Assembly (NCBI GenBank): GCA_038063815.1
Contig: JBBTUJ010000005.1
Location: 4,875-68,874 of the forward strand
Source: Patescibacteria group bacterium
GTDB lineage: Bacteria > Patescibacteriota > Minisyncoccia > Phycocordibacterales > EsbW-18
DNA length: 64,000 bases
Direction: 5' to 3'
Part shown: in pieces, positions 22,097 through 32,224 of the stretch
Position numbering within the stretch: position 1 is the stretch's first letter
How the letters are laid out: every line of letters begins with the position of its first letter
Position numbers and translations under genes: made by a program
Notes under the pieces: generated by a model
Databases searched by the model: none
What the model was told of the DNA's origin: nothing
Seen by the model: only the letters and a program-made list of their open reading frames with translations

Positions 22097-22110
22097 AGAT
22101 GTATGGGCAA

Positions 22111-22157
22111 GTATACCCCAGCTGCTCACTTTTTTAAAAAATAGTGCTGGGGTATAC
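22111..22157. repeat. Short degenerate CCAGCAC-type hairpin element
   Basis: 12-bp IR gtataccccagc/gctggggtatac with inner cact..agtg. Confidence 0.55.
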
Positions 22158-22249
22158 CCCGCCGGACAAGGTTTTGAATGAACGTTTTGGTGCAAGAACA
22201 CACTCTGATACACTCACTTCCAGACAGCACACTATGGGAAGGGGGCGTG

Positions 22250-22525
22250 GTGGAAAGAAATCCAAAAAAGCGAGTGCTCGATGCGGAGCAAGAAAGAGCG
22301 GCGATTCCGCCCCTGTGCGATTTCATCGACCACTACCTCGACCTCATGAACGAGAGGGAGTTGGTTGAATTTCTTGGCCGTTTCTATGGGAACGAAGCGG
22401 TGGAAGAAGAGATCGCGGCAATGGAGGTTGGGGACAAGGTCTACAAAGAGTACGTGCCGCATCTGAGGCGCGGTCCTCGGCCGCAAAACGGACACGACAC
22501 CGGGCTGAAAGTGAAAGGAGAGTAG
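22250..22525 (+). CDS. Hypothetical protein
   Basis: GTG after AAGGGGG, in frame with ORF 22178..22525. Confidence 0.55.
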   Translation: MERNPKKRVLDAEQERAAIPPLCDFIDHYLDLMNERELVEFLGRFYGNEAVEEEIAAMEVGDKVYKEYVPHLRRGPRPQNGHDTGLKVKGE

Positions 22526-22726
22526 GTGCGGACAGAAATAGAAGTGAAGGTCACTCTCCGCTCGGTCGTAACCGAGCAGATGCGCCTGCGACACGGACTC
22601 GACAGGTCCACGTCTTCAGATGCATTGCGGGAAGCGTGGCGACTCGCCACGCTTCCGCCGGAGCAGTGGCCGGATGCGCTCCCATTTCCAACAACAAACC
22701 GTCACCAGCCGAACCCCAACCCGTAG
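22526..22726 (+). CDS. Hypothetical protein
   Basis: GTG right after the upstream stop, preceded by AAAGGAG; hairpin terminator at ~22750-22785. Confidence 0.5.
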   Translation: MRTEIEVKVTLRSVVTEQMRLRHGLDRSTSSDALREAWRLATLPPEQWPDALPFPTTNRHQPNPNP

Positions 22727-22784
22727 CGAAAAACTCCCACAAAGGGATTACGACCTACCTGTGTCCATTCCAGGAGGTCGTTTT

Positions 22785-23471
22785 CTATTGATGTGCAACG
22801 ATAATCACAAATTCCCCGCGCTGTTTATCTTTTTGTGTTTCAAAATATTCCTGTACTTCTTTTGCGCTTCCCCGTACCACCTCTTCAAAGATTTTTGTGA
22901 GTTCGCGCGCAATGACAACCATACGTTCATCCGGCAATACTCCAACAAGAGAGGCAAGTGTTTTCAAAATGCGGTGTGGTGATTCGTAGAATACGACCGC
23001 GCGTTCTGTTTCTGCGATTTCTTTAAAAAGTGTTTGACGTCCCTTTTTGTGTGGTAAAAATCCGAGAAAAACAAATTCGTGTGTGGAGACCCCGGCAATC
23101 GAGAGCGCGGCAGCAAGAGCGGACGGTCCGGGAATCGCCTCAATTAAAACATCGGGAAGTTTTTCGCGTACGTGTCCAATAACAAGTGAGCCCGGATCAG
23201 ATATTCCCGGTGTTCCTGCATCCGTCACCAAAGCAACCTTCTTCCCTTCTGAAAGCGCTCCGATGATCGAACCCAATTTCACTCGCTCGGTTCGCGCATT
23301 GAGAGGTGTCATCCGCGTTGTTATCTCATAGCGATCAAGGAGCCGCCCCGTCACGCGCATGTCCTCACAGAAAATAACATCCGCCTCCTTGAGAATGCGG
23401 AGTGCCCGAAGCGTTACGTCTTCGAGATTTCCAATAGGTGTCGCAACGACAGATAATTTCGCTTCCTGCAT
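22785..23471 (-). CDS. rsmI: 16S rRNA (cytidine1402-2'-O)-methyltransferase
   Basis: VATPIGNLED, DAGTPGISDPG, YESPHR, RELTK. Confidence 0.95.
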   Translation of the reverse strand: MQEAKLSVVATPIGNLEDVTLRALRILKEADVIFCEDMRVTGRLLDRYEITTRMTPLNARTERVKLGSIIGALSEGKKVALVTDAGTPGISDPGSLVIGHVREKLPDVLIEAIPGPSALAAALSIAGVSTHEFVFLGFLPHKKGRQTLFKEIAETERAVVFYESPHRILKTLASLVGVLPDERMVVIARELTKIFEEVVRGSAKEVQEYFETQKDKQRGEFVIIVAHQ

Positions 23472-23580
23472 GAGAGTAGTGTACGAGTGTGTTCGTTAAA
23501 AACAAGTATGCCCGTCAAACCGAAACGCTTTACTCGAACCATAAAGAAGCGTAGAGTGACCGCGGAAAGGGGGTGCTTCC

Positions 23581-24084
23581 ATGACGGAGCACGTAAAGGT
23601 CAACGGGGCCAATGTCGTCATCGAAGGCCCCGACGAGACGTTCTTGCTTGAATTGGGTTCATACGGTCGTTGGATGCTTCCCGGCGGAGGCGTCGAACGG
23701 GCTGAGTTACCTGTACACGCGGGGATGGACGAGACCCTCGAGGAAACAGGACTCATCGTCGCCCAGGAAGACCTGCAACTGATTGCGCTCCTCGTGCAAA
23801 AAGTCGTCCGAGGTGGGCAAACCATACCAATTTCCGGCATCGTCGCTCTTTACCGTTGCGATAAGTACGATGGGAAACTCCCCACCGAACCCAATGACGA
23901 GGTGGTGGAGTGGAAGTTCGTAACCTTCGAGAGAGCGCTCGAGTTGTACCAGCAAGGAAAGCTGCTTCGAGGATACATGCGGATGTTAGTCATCTATGAC
24001 AACATTCGTCGAGGTCTTCTGAAGCCGGTCTACGAAGCTATCCTCGCCGACCAGGTACCCGTCCGCCCACAACTGTTCATCTGA
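23581..24084 (+). CDS. NUDIX hydrolase
   Basis: LPGGGVE..ETLEETGL Nudix box; SD AAAGGGGGTG; terminator at 24110-24143. Confidence 0.8.
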   Translation: MTEHVKVNGANVVIEGPDETFLLELGSYGRWMLPGGGVERAELPVHAGMDETLEETGLIVAQEDLQLIALLVQKVVRGGQTIPISGIVALYRCDKYDGKLPTEPNDEVVEWKFVTFERALELYQQGKLLRGYMRMLVIYDNIRRGLLKPVYEAILADQVPVRPQLFI

Positions 24085-24168
24085 CATCGGTCCGCCGGCC
24101 GACACAACAGCGCGCATCCCTCGAGGAAGGGTGCGCGTCTTTCGTTTTTACGATACTGTATACAAACT

Positions 24169-24849
24169 ATGCACGCTGTTATTCTCGCCGCAGGAAAAGG
24201 AACACGACTTGCTTCACTCACGGATGAAACCCCGAAGTCACTTATCTCAATACTTGGAAAACCGGTGCTTGAGAGGATTTTTGAGTCACTTCCTGCAACA
24301 ATCACCGAGATAATTGTCGTCACAAAATATAAAGAAGAACAAATACACGCGTACTGTAAAAATCATCCTCGTGCATCAGACATTGTGTGCATCTCGCAAG
24401 GCGAAATGTCAGGAACGCTCGGTGCCTTGGTCAGTGCCGCCACGCTTGTTTCATCTCCATTCCTTGTGATAAACGGGGACGATATACACTCACAAAAAGA
24501 TCTCTCGCGTCTCCTCGAACATCCACGCGCTTTTGGTGTCACACATCGAAAAAGTCACGGCTATCACGCAATTGAAAAAAACACGGATGGTTATCTTGAA
24601 AACATGCGCCCCCAAACCACTACCGAAGAAACGGCAGGCGTATTCATTGCAACAGGAGCATACATTCTTGACGTCGACTTTTTTGCACTTCCCCCAAAAC
24701 AACTCAAGAATGGTGAGTATGGCATTCCTCACACACTTCTTGGTTCAAAAGAAACATATCCTGTTCGTATTATTGATATGCCTGATTGGATGCCCGTGAA
24801 CACGCCCGAAGATTTGAAAGACGCGGAACGAACAATCACTTCTCAGTAA
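24169..24849 (+). CDS. Sugar-phosphate nucleotidyltransferase family protein
   Basis: ILAAGKGTRL, PKSL, NGDD. Confidence 0.88.
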   Translation: MHAVILAAGKGTRLASLTDETPKSLISILGKPVLERIFESLPATITEIIVVTKYKEEQIHAYCKNHPRASDIVCISQGEMSGTLGALVSAATLVSSPFLVINGDDIHSQKDLSRLLEHPRAFGVTHRKSHGYHAIEKNTDGYLENMRPQTTTEETAGVFIATGAYILDVDFFALPPKQLKNGEYGIPHTLLGSKETYPVRIIDMPDWMPVNTPEDLKDAERTITSQ

Positions 24850-25975
24850 CTCGTTTTAGGTGTGCTGGTATATGTACAAGGATTTCGTACGGAATTGTTC
24901 CGGACGCAACTGCTATCTTTGAGGCGCTATTCCCCGCCTTTGGATCGGCACTTATGACTTCCGCAGAATCTCCCTCTTTCACGTTGGGAATATCCGTCAC
25001 ATCAACCGTCGTCATGTTCATCGAAACGCGGCCGACAATTGGGCACTCGCGATCATTAACGCGTATAACACCCTTGTTTGAGAGTTGACGGCTGATTCCT
25101 TCAAAGTATCCGGCGGGGATTGTTGCTACCTTTGTTTCGCGAGTTGCGGTCCACGTGTTGTTATACCCGACCGATTCTCCGGCAGAAATTGTCCGGAGGG
25201 CAGTAATAGATGTACGAAGAGAAAGCGCGGGCTTGAGATCCTGCACTTCATTTGCAGGATCAATACCGTAAAGTCCCATACCGAGACGAAGGAGATTTGC
25301 ATCGATTTCCTGAATGTATTTAGTTGCCGCCGTCAGAGCGAGATGGTACCAGCGTGTGTCAGGAATCTTTTCTTTCCATATTTTGACGATTCCATTCCAT
25401 GTCTCGATTTGCTTTCGAGTGAATGTTGGATCAGTACCGTCGGCGTCGGAAAGGTGCGAACAAACGCCCTCAATACGGATTTGTGGATTTGCTGTCAAAA
25501 GATGTATTGTTTCAGAAATCTCATCGGGCATAATTCCCTGCCGATGCATTCCTGTATCGATTTTTATATGAAGCGGCGGCGTTTTTTTCTTTTGCTGTGT
25601 AAGTTCTTTAAGTTGTGAAAGTGTTGCAACGGCAAACGCAACATCTTTAAAAGAATTCTCAAGGATCGTTTTTGTCAGCGTGTGTCCGAGCACCAGAAGA
25701 GGCATTGTGATGCCCTCCGTTCTCAAAACACGCGCTTCGAAGTATGAATCAATAGCGAAAAAAGGGATGTCCTTGTTGTCCTGAAGAATCCGAGCCACAG
25801 TGAGAAGCCCGTGCCCGTAGGCGTTTGATTTGAGAACGGGCGCGACCCTCCACGACCCAGCTTTCTTTTTGAAAAGAGAGAGGTTGTGGAGAATATTGCT
25901 TCGCGAGACACAAACAGTAATGAGCGTCTGCGGCGTCGACTTTCTATCGCGAAGTTTTTGAAAAAACGATTTCAT
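24836..25975 (-). CDS. alr: Alanine racemase
   Basis: VLKSNAYGHG, KIDTGMHRQG, GRVSMN, IPYE. Confidence 0.95.
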   Translation of the reverse strand: MKSFFQKLRDRKSTPQTLITVCVSRSNILHNLSLFKKKAGSWRVAPVLKSNAYGHGLLTVARILQDNKDIPFFAIDSYFEARVLRTEGITMPLLVLGHTLTKTILENSFKDVAFAVATLSQLKELTQQKKKTPPLHIKIDTGMHRQGIMPDEISETIHLLTANPQIRIEGVCSHLSDADGTDPTFTRKQIETWNGIVKIWKEKIPDTRWYHLALTAATKYIQEIDANLLRLGMGLYGIDPANEVQDLKPALSLRTSITALRTISAGESVGYNNTWTATRETKVATIPAGYFEGISRQLSNKGVIRVNDRECPIVGRVSMNMTTVDVTDIPNVKEGDSAEVISADPKAGNSASKIAVASGTIPYEILVHIPAHLKRVTEK

Positions 25976-26058
25976 GCTGTTGTGGGCGCGGAGGGACTCG
26001 GACCCTCAAGGATTGCTCCATACGCTCCTGAAGCTAGCGCGCCCAGCACTAAACTCTG

Positions 26059-26142
26059 TGCCGCGGGGGAGACTCGAACTCCCATTCCCTTACGAGAACT
26101 ACGACCTGAACGTAGCGCGTCTACCAATTTCGCCACCGCGGC
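26059..26142 (-). tRNA. tRNA-Leu(CAG), intact, nested inside the degenerate tRNA-Leu; CCA not encoded
   Basis: GCCGCGG acceptor, CTACG-TTCAGGT-CGTAG anticodon arm, long variable arm, GGGAG-TTCGAGT-CTCCC T-arm. Confidence 0.95.
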
Positions 26143-26171
26143 AGTTTAGTGCTGGGTAAATCTACCAATTT

Positions 26172-26236
26172 TTATCCCGTCACTAACGTTGGCATTCTAC
26201 GCGTGCTTTCGCACAATGCCAATGTTAGTGCGGGAC
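26172..26236. repeat. Hairpin cassette (CCCG.CACTAAC.TTGGCATT family)
   Basis: cccgtcactaacgttggcatt ... aatgccaatgttagtgcggg; near-identical to the arms at 28511-28647. Confidence 0.85.
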
Positions 26237-26268
26237 CGCCACGCGCCCAAAACTGACCGAGATATAAC

Positions 26269-26345
26269 TGGTGCGCGTGGTAGGACTCGAACCTACGGCC
26301 TCGTCATTATCAGTGACGTGCTCTAACCAGCTGAGCTACACGCGC
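26269..26345 (-). tRNA. tRNA-Ile(GAU)
   Basis: Canonical cloverleaf, CT-GAT-AA loop, CCA encoded. Confidence 0.97.
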
Positions 26346-26570
26346 AAGTGAGGATGACACATGATGTCTTTCGTGCGAGAGCGGAGTCATCGAGGTAAGA
26401 GCAAAAAGGAAAGCTCGCTTTCATTTTTGCTCGACACCGAGATGATGTGAGCTCGAGCCCTCTACACCATGTGGTCCGAATGCCGCGCTTGTATGTATTC
26501 ATACACGCGAAAACGTATATATGCATACCCACGCAAGCAAGAGGCACTATACCAAAAAACCTATGTGTAC

Positions 26571-26825
26571 TCAATGAAATGTGAAACCGCCACCTACAAC
26601 TGGTGTAGGCGGCGGTGCTGCTCGTTCCCCCAGCGCAGAATCGCGCTGAGGAGAACGACGGCCAGGATGTAGATGAGCGCCGTGGCGCACATCACGAGCG
26701 CCTGACCAGCGCTCATCGTCGGCGTCGCCCCATGGAGCGGCGCCGACAAGTTTCCCAGAGCGTGGATGAACACCGACACTCCGGGGACTGAAAATCTGAT
26801 GACAAAACTGCTGATCATTGGCCAC
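26571..26825 (-). CDS. Small hypothetical protein (GC-rich orphan cassette); reading frame uncertain
   Basis: TTGACT-N16-TATAAT promoter and AGGAGGTG SD just upstream; the ORF track gives an 84-aa frame here, and the overlapping frame ending at 26594 encodes a hydrophobic MISSFVIR... peptide. Confidence 0.45.
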   Translation of the reverse strand: MANDQQFCHQIFSPRSVGVHPRSGKLVGAAPWGDADDERWSGARDVRHGAHLHPGRRSPQRDSALGERAAPPPTPVVGGGFTFH

Positions 26826-26879
26826 CTCCTGAGAAGCATTATACCAGCACGTTTGTAAAAGTCAATACCCTGTGGGTAA

Positions 26880-26911
26880 GCAAAAACGGCCTTAGTTAGG
26901 GCCGTTTTTGC
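26880..26911 (-). terminator. Terminator of the 16S transcript (bidirectional hairpin)
   Basis: gcaaaaacggcc-ttagttag-ggccgtttttgc. Confidence 0.8.
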
Positions 26912-27096
26912 GCTTTGCCATCCTCGCGGATGACCATACATGTGTCTTTTCTTTTGTTCCGTTCATACCGGTCTTTCCCGGCTTGTCCGATTGCTTTAAG
27001 GATATTCAATCATAATCCATCACGTACTCAATTGAGGTACATGATATCGACCGCCTTGATCAAGTATTCAAAAACTGAACACTCGACGATTTGTCA

Positions 27097-28852
<1,756 letters not shown>

Positions 28853-28925
28853 AATCACAAATTGCTTTGTGATTTTTCTGAACGGAACAAAAGAAACAAC
28901 ACATGTATATCGTTCTTTGTTCTTT

Positions 28926-29019
28926 TTTTCCAGCACGTAGCTCATGCGTGCCGGACTTAGATACTTTACTTGTTTAGGAATAGACGAGTACTCCCAACAC
29001 TTATTCGAGTGCTGGAAAA
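28926..29019. repeat. CCAGCAC-type hairpin cassette in the 16S leader
   Basis: 11-bp IR ttttccagcac/gtgctggaaaa, with an inner ccaacact..agtgctgg mini-hairpin. Confidence 0.65.
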
Positions 29020-29041
29020 TCTTGTACTCTCTACTTATTTT

Positions 29042-29343
29042 ATCCAGCACTTAACTTTGCTCTGTCATGGTGAGAAACAATGGTGTATCTCTACCTTATA
29101 CAGAATAAAAGCGGCGCACTCTACTTTGGTGCAACAACTAATTTGCGACAAAGAATTTTTGACCACAATGCAGGTCGTTCTCTTGCCACACAGGGCTCAG
29201 AGTGGCAACTCGTATATTACGAGGCGTTTCGCGCAGAGAAAGATGCTCGTGACCGTGAACATCAAATAAAGTTTCACGGTCAAGCGAAACGACGACTTAA
29301 ACAACGGCTCAAAAATTCTTTAGAGCAAAGTTAAGTGCTGGAT
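29042..29343. mobile_element. IR-bounded cassette carrying a GIY-YIG gene
   Basis: Perfect 22-bp IR atccagcacttaactttgctct (29042-29063) / agagcaaagttaagtgctggat (29322-29343). Confidence 0.7.
29080..29334 (+). CDS. Small GIY-YIG nuclease superfamily protein
   Basis: YLYLI..LYFGATTNLRQRIFDHN..LVYYEAF..ARDREHQIK. Confidence 0.88.
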   Translation: MVYLYLIQNKSGALYFGATTNLRQRIFDHNAGRSLATQGSEWQLVYYEAFRAEKDARDREHQIKFHGQAKRRLKQRLKNSLEQS

Positions 29344-29344
29344 G

Positions 29345-29447
29345 AATTGTCAAAGTCCATCAAAAACCCCACCTCAGCCAGTCACGGCCGAAATGGGGTG
29401 ACTAGTTGAATGGACCTCCATTATATTCATAGAAAGGATTGTGTCAA
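29345..29447 (-). promoter_or_regulatory. rRNA promoter and boxA-like antitermination site
   Basis: TTGACA(29447-29442)-N16-TATAAT(29425-29420); GACTTTGACAATT boxA-like at ~29345-29358. Confidence 0.75.
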
Positions 29448-29511
29448 GTTTCAGTGAATCCCTTGCAAACGCCTTTATCTCGCCCTTTTCACTATGCGCT
29501 ACAATACCCCC

Positions 29512-31776
29512 ATGCAGCTCAACGACCCGCTTATAAAAATACTTCGCCTTACCGAGGCACAGAAGAAGGCGCTCAAAAAACTGCATCTCACGAGTGTGTC
29601 AGATGTGCTCTATCACTTCCCCGCTCGATACGTCTCATCAACGGGCGATGGTGTTATTCAAACAACTGCTCCGGGTGACATGGCTTCTGTTGTGGGAGTT
29701 ATTTCAAAAACAAAAGCACGCAAGGCATGGAAAAGCCGTATTCCTATGACCGAAGCAACACTCAAAGATGCGTCAGGAAGCTTGCATCTTTTGTGGCTCC
29801 ACCAGCCATACATCTCAAAAATGTTTCCCGAAGGATCAGCCGTTGTTGTCACAGGAAAAATAAAAGAGAAGGACGGTAAGCGCTCGATGATTAATCCAGA
29901 AATTACACGCGTAAAAACAGGGGGGTTTGGAGGTCCGACCTCCAGGAATTTGGAGGTCGGACCTCCAAATAGAAATAATCTTTTTAATACAACCCCGAAC
30001 TCGGATATACCACTTCTTCCTGTGTACCCCGAGAGTCGCGGTGTCACGTCACGATGGTTCTTCTACACCATTCAAAAGATACTTGCAGACGATGTTGTGA
30101 ACACCGCACACGATCCAATTCCAAAAGACATCTTAAAAAAATATAATCTTCCGGCGCTCGGTACGGCGCTTGTGTGGATGCATGCCCCAAAAAACGAGAC
30201 CGACGCACGTGCCGCACGCAAACGGTTTGCGTTTCAAGAAATCTTTTTTATTCAACTCAAAAAGCAACAAGAGCGACACTTCACCGACTCGCTCCCCACA
30301 TGGGATATCCGACCGTCGCAAGAAAGCATCAACGAGTTTCTTGCAAAGTTTCCCTTTACACCGACAAGTGCCCAATCAAAAGCGCTCACCGATATCTTTA
30401 ATGATTTTGCCGGTACTCGCGCAATGTCACGACTTCTTGAGGGTGATGTTGGTTCGGGTAAAACATTCGTTGCCGCTGCTACCAGTTTCGCTGTGGTTAC
30501 GACGCGTCCGCCAAAGATGGTATCGACAGGTCCTGCGCTTCCCAAAAAATCCGACTTACAAAAACAAGCTGGTCGTGTCGAGGGTAAGCAAGATTTCGGC
30601 AACCTTCAGGTGGCGCTCATGGCCCCTACTGAAATATTGGCAACGCAGCATTTTGAATCGTTTATCGAGCTCTATCGCGGATTGCCGATCAATGTGGCAC
30701 TCATCACTTCATCGGGATGCAAAAAGTTCCCGTCCAAAGTCAATCCCAATTCATGGACCGACATCTCACGCGCACAACTTTTGAAATGGGTGGCAAATGG
30801 TGAGATACCTATCCTCATTGGCACACACGCACTCATTCAAAAAACGGTGGAGTTTAAACATCTGGCGTATGTGATCATTGATGAACAGCACAGGTTTGGA
30901 ACAAAACAGCGCATGACCTTGGCGCGCAAAGACGAAAAGATTCCTCACTTGCTTTCGATGACTGCAACACCGATCCCTCGCACACTCGCGCTCACTATAT
31001 ATGGCGACCTCGATCTCACCCTGCTCGATGTGATGCCTCCCGGGCGCAAACCGATTGTTACAAAAATCGCCACACCACGCGAGCGAAAGGCGGTGTATGA
31101 ACACATCCGTACCGAAGTACAGAGTGGCAGACAAGCGTACATTATTTGCCCACGTATTGACGCGCCCGATGAAAACGACGAAATGGCACTTCAGGCAAAA
31201 TCGGTTGAGGAAGAAACTAAGCACCTTTCGCGCGACGTGTTCCCGGAATTCCGTATTGCATCGCTCCATGGCAAGATGCTTTCGAGCAAAAAAGAAAGCG
31301 TGATGGCCGACTTTGTGTCGGGGGCAATCAACATTCTCGTAGCAACGTCTGTGGTTGAGGTGGGTGTCAATGTTCCCAATGCAACTATCATTATTATCGA
31401 GGGTGCCGAGCGCTTTGGCCTTTCGCAACTTCACCAAATCCGCGGGCGCGTCTTGCGAAGCACGCACCAAGCGCACTGCTATCTCTTTACTGAATCGAAA
31501 TCGCAATCAACGCTCGACCGTCTCAAAGTGCTTGCCGAGGCCGCCAACGGGTTCGAGCTCGCCGAGCACGACCTCGCACTCCGCGGCGCGGGTGGTCTTG
31601 TCGGCCACAAACAGTGGGGTGTTTCCGATGTCGGCATGGAAGCGCTTCAAAATATCAAAATGGTTGAAGCAGCGCGAAACGAGGCGAAGGCGCTCGTTTC
31701 GCGCGACCCGGAACTCTCAGGATTTCCTCTTTTACAATCCGCCCTCACCGAGCGTGGCGAGGTGCATTTTGAGTAA
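29512..31776 (+). CDS. recG: ATP-dependent DNA helicase RecG
   Basis: GDVGSGKT, IDEQHRFG, MTATPIPRTL, QLHQIRGRV. Confidence 0.95.
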   Translation: MQLNDPLIKILRLTEAQKKALKKLHLTSVSDVLYHFPARYVSSTGDGVIQTTAPGDMASVVGVISKTKARKAWKSRIPMTEATLKDASGSLHLLWLHQPYISKMFPEGSAVVVTGKIKEKDGKRSMINPEITRVKTGGFGGPTSRNLEVGPPNRNNLFNTTPNSDIPLLPVYPESRGVTSRWFFYTIQKILADDVVNTAHDPIPKDILKKYNLPALGTALVWMHAPKNETDARAARKRFAFQEIFFIQLKKQQERHFTDSLPTWDIRPSQESINEFLAKFPFTPTSAQSKALTDIFNDFAGTRAMSRLLEGDVGSGKTFVAAATSFAVVTTRPPKMVSTGPALPKKSDLQKQAGRVEGKQDFGNLQVALMAPTEILATQHFESFIELYRGLPINVALITSSGCKKFPSKVNPNSWTDISRAQLLKWVANGEIPILIGTHALIQKTVEFKHLAYVIIDEQHRFGTKQRMTLARKDEKIPHLLSMTATPIPRTLALTIYGDLDLTLLDVMPPGRKPIVTKIATPRERKAVYEHIRTEVQSGRQAYIICPRIDAPDENDEMALQAKSVEEETKHLSRDVFPEFRIASLHGKMLSSKKESVMADFVSGAINILVATSVVEVGVNVPNATIIIIEGAERFGLSQLHQIRGRVLRSTHQAHCYLFTESKSQSTLDRLKVLAEAANGFELAEHDLALRGAGGLVGHKQWGVSDVGMEALQNIKMVEAARNEAKALVSRDPELSGFPLLQSALTERGEVHFE
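29926..29969. repeat. In-frame palindromic (REP-like) insert in recG
   Basis: Perfect 19-bp IR tttggaggtccgacctcca-ggaatt-tggaggtcggacctccaaa. Confidence 0.85.
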
Positions 31777-31778
31777 AA

Positions 31779-32123
31779 CTAGTTGATTGTTTCCGACGGC
31801 GTTTTCGATGACGGAAGAGTTGGTACCCCTTCTGTCTCTTCTCGATGCTTTCTTTCCAACTCATCTAATTTGCTTTGTTTTTCTTGCTCCTCCTGCCATT
31901 TTGCAGCAGCTTCTGGAGTATCAAAAACGAGTTGCTTTATAGAAACCCCTTTTCCAAATAATACTTCTTTTTTTGTTCCTACAAGACTTCCTGTTTCTCT
32001 ATTAAAGCTATGTGTAGTTTTTATTTTATCTCCGTTTTCTTCTCCCTCTGTTATCACTTCCATAGTTTTCCCTTCCTTTGCATCCTTTGACGGCACGTAT
32101 GCCTTGGGTCCTTCCATTCCCAT
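31779..32123 (-). CDS. Hypothetical protein
   Basis: 114-aa charged, AT-rich ORF. Confidence 0.6.
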   Translation of the reverse strand: MGMEGPKAYVPSKDAKEGKTMEVITEGEENGDKIKTTHSFNRETGSLVGTKKEVLFGKGVSIKQLVFDTPEAAAKWQEEQEKQSKLDELERKHREETEGVPTLPSSKTPSETIN

Positions 32124-32224
32124 AGTATTGGTAGATCAATTTTAATACCCCCATGCTATCCCCCCCCCGAAAATAAGACAAGCTAGCTGAAAAGGAAGAC
32201 TTTGAGAGTGAGGCGACCACCTCT

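Larger units (their letters stand above)
25983..26248 (-). pseudogene. Degenerate tRNA-Leu(CAG) interrupted by two hairpin insertions (26042-26160 and 26172-26236)
   Basis: Removing the inserts gives an 82-nt class II tRNA GGGCGCGTGGCGAAATTGGTAGACGCGCTAGCTTCAGGAGCGTATGGAGCAATCCTTGAGGGTCCGAGTCCCTCCGCGCCCA, with a mismatched anticodon stem and a TCCGA T-loop. Confidence 0.85.

Noticed and set aside
26042-26160. Prophage/ICE att-site duplication
   Set aside because: The inner tRNA is complete and differs in sequence, is bounded by inverted rather than direct repeats, and no integrase is present.
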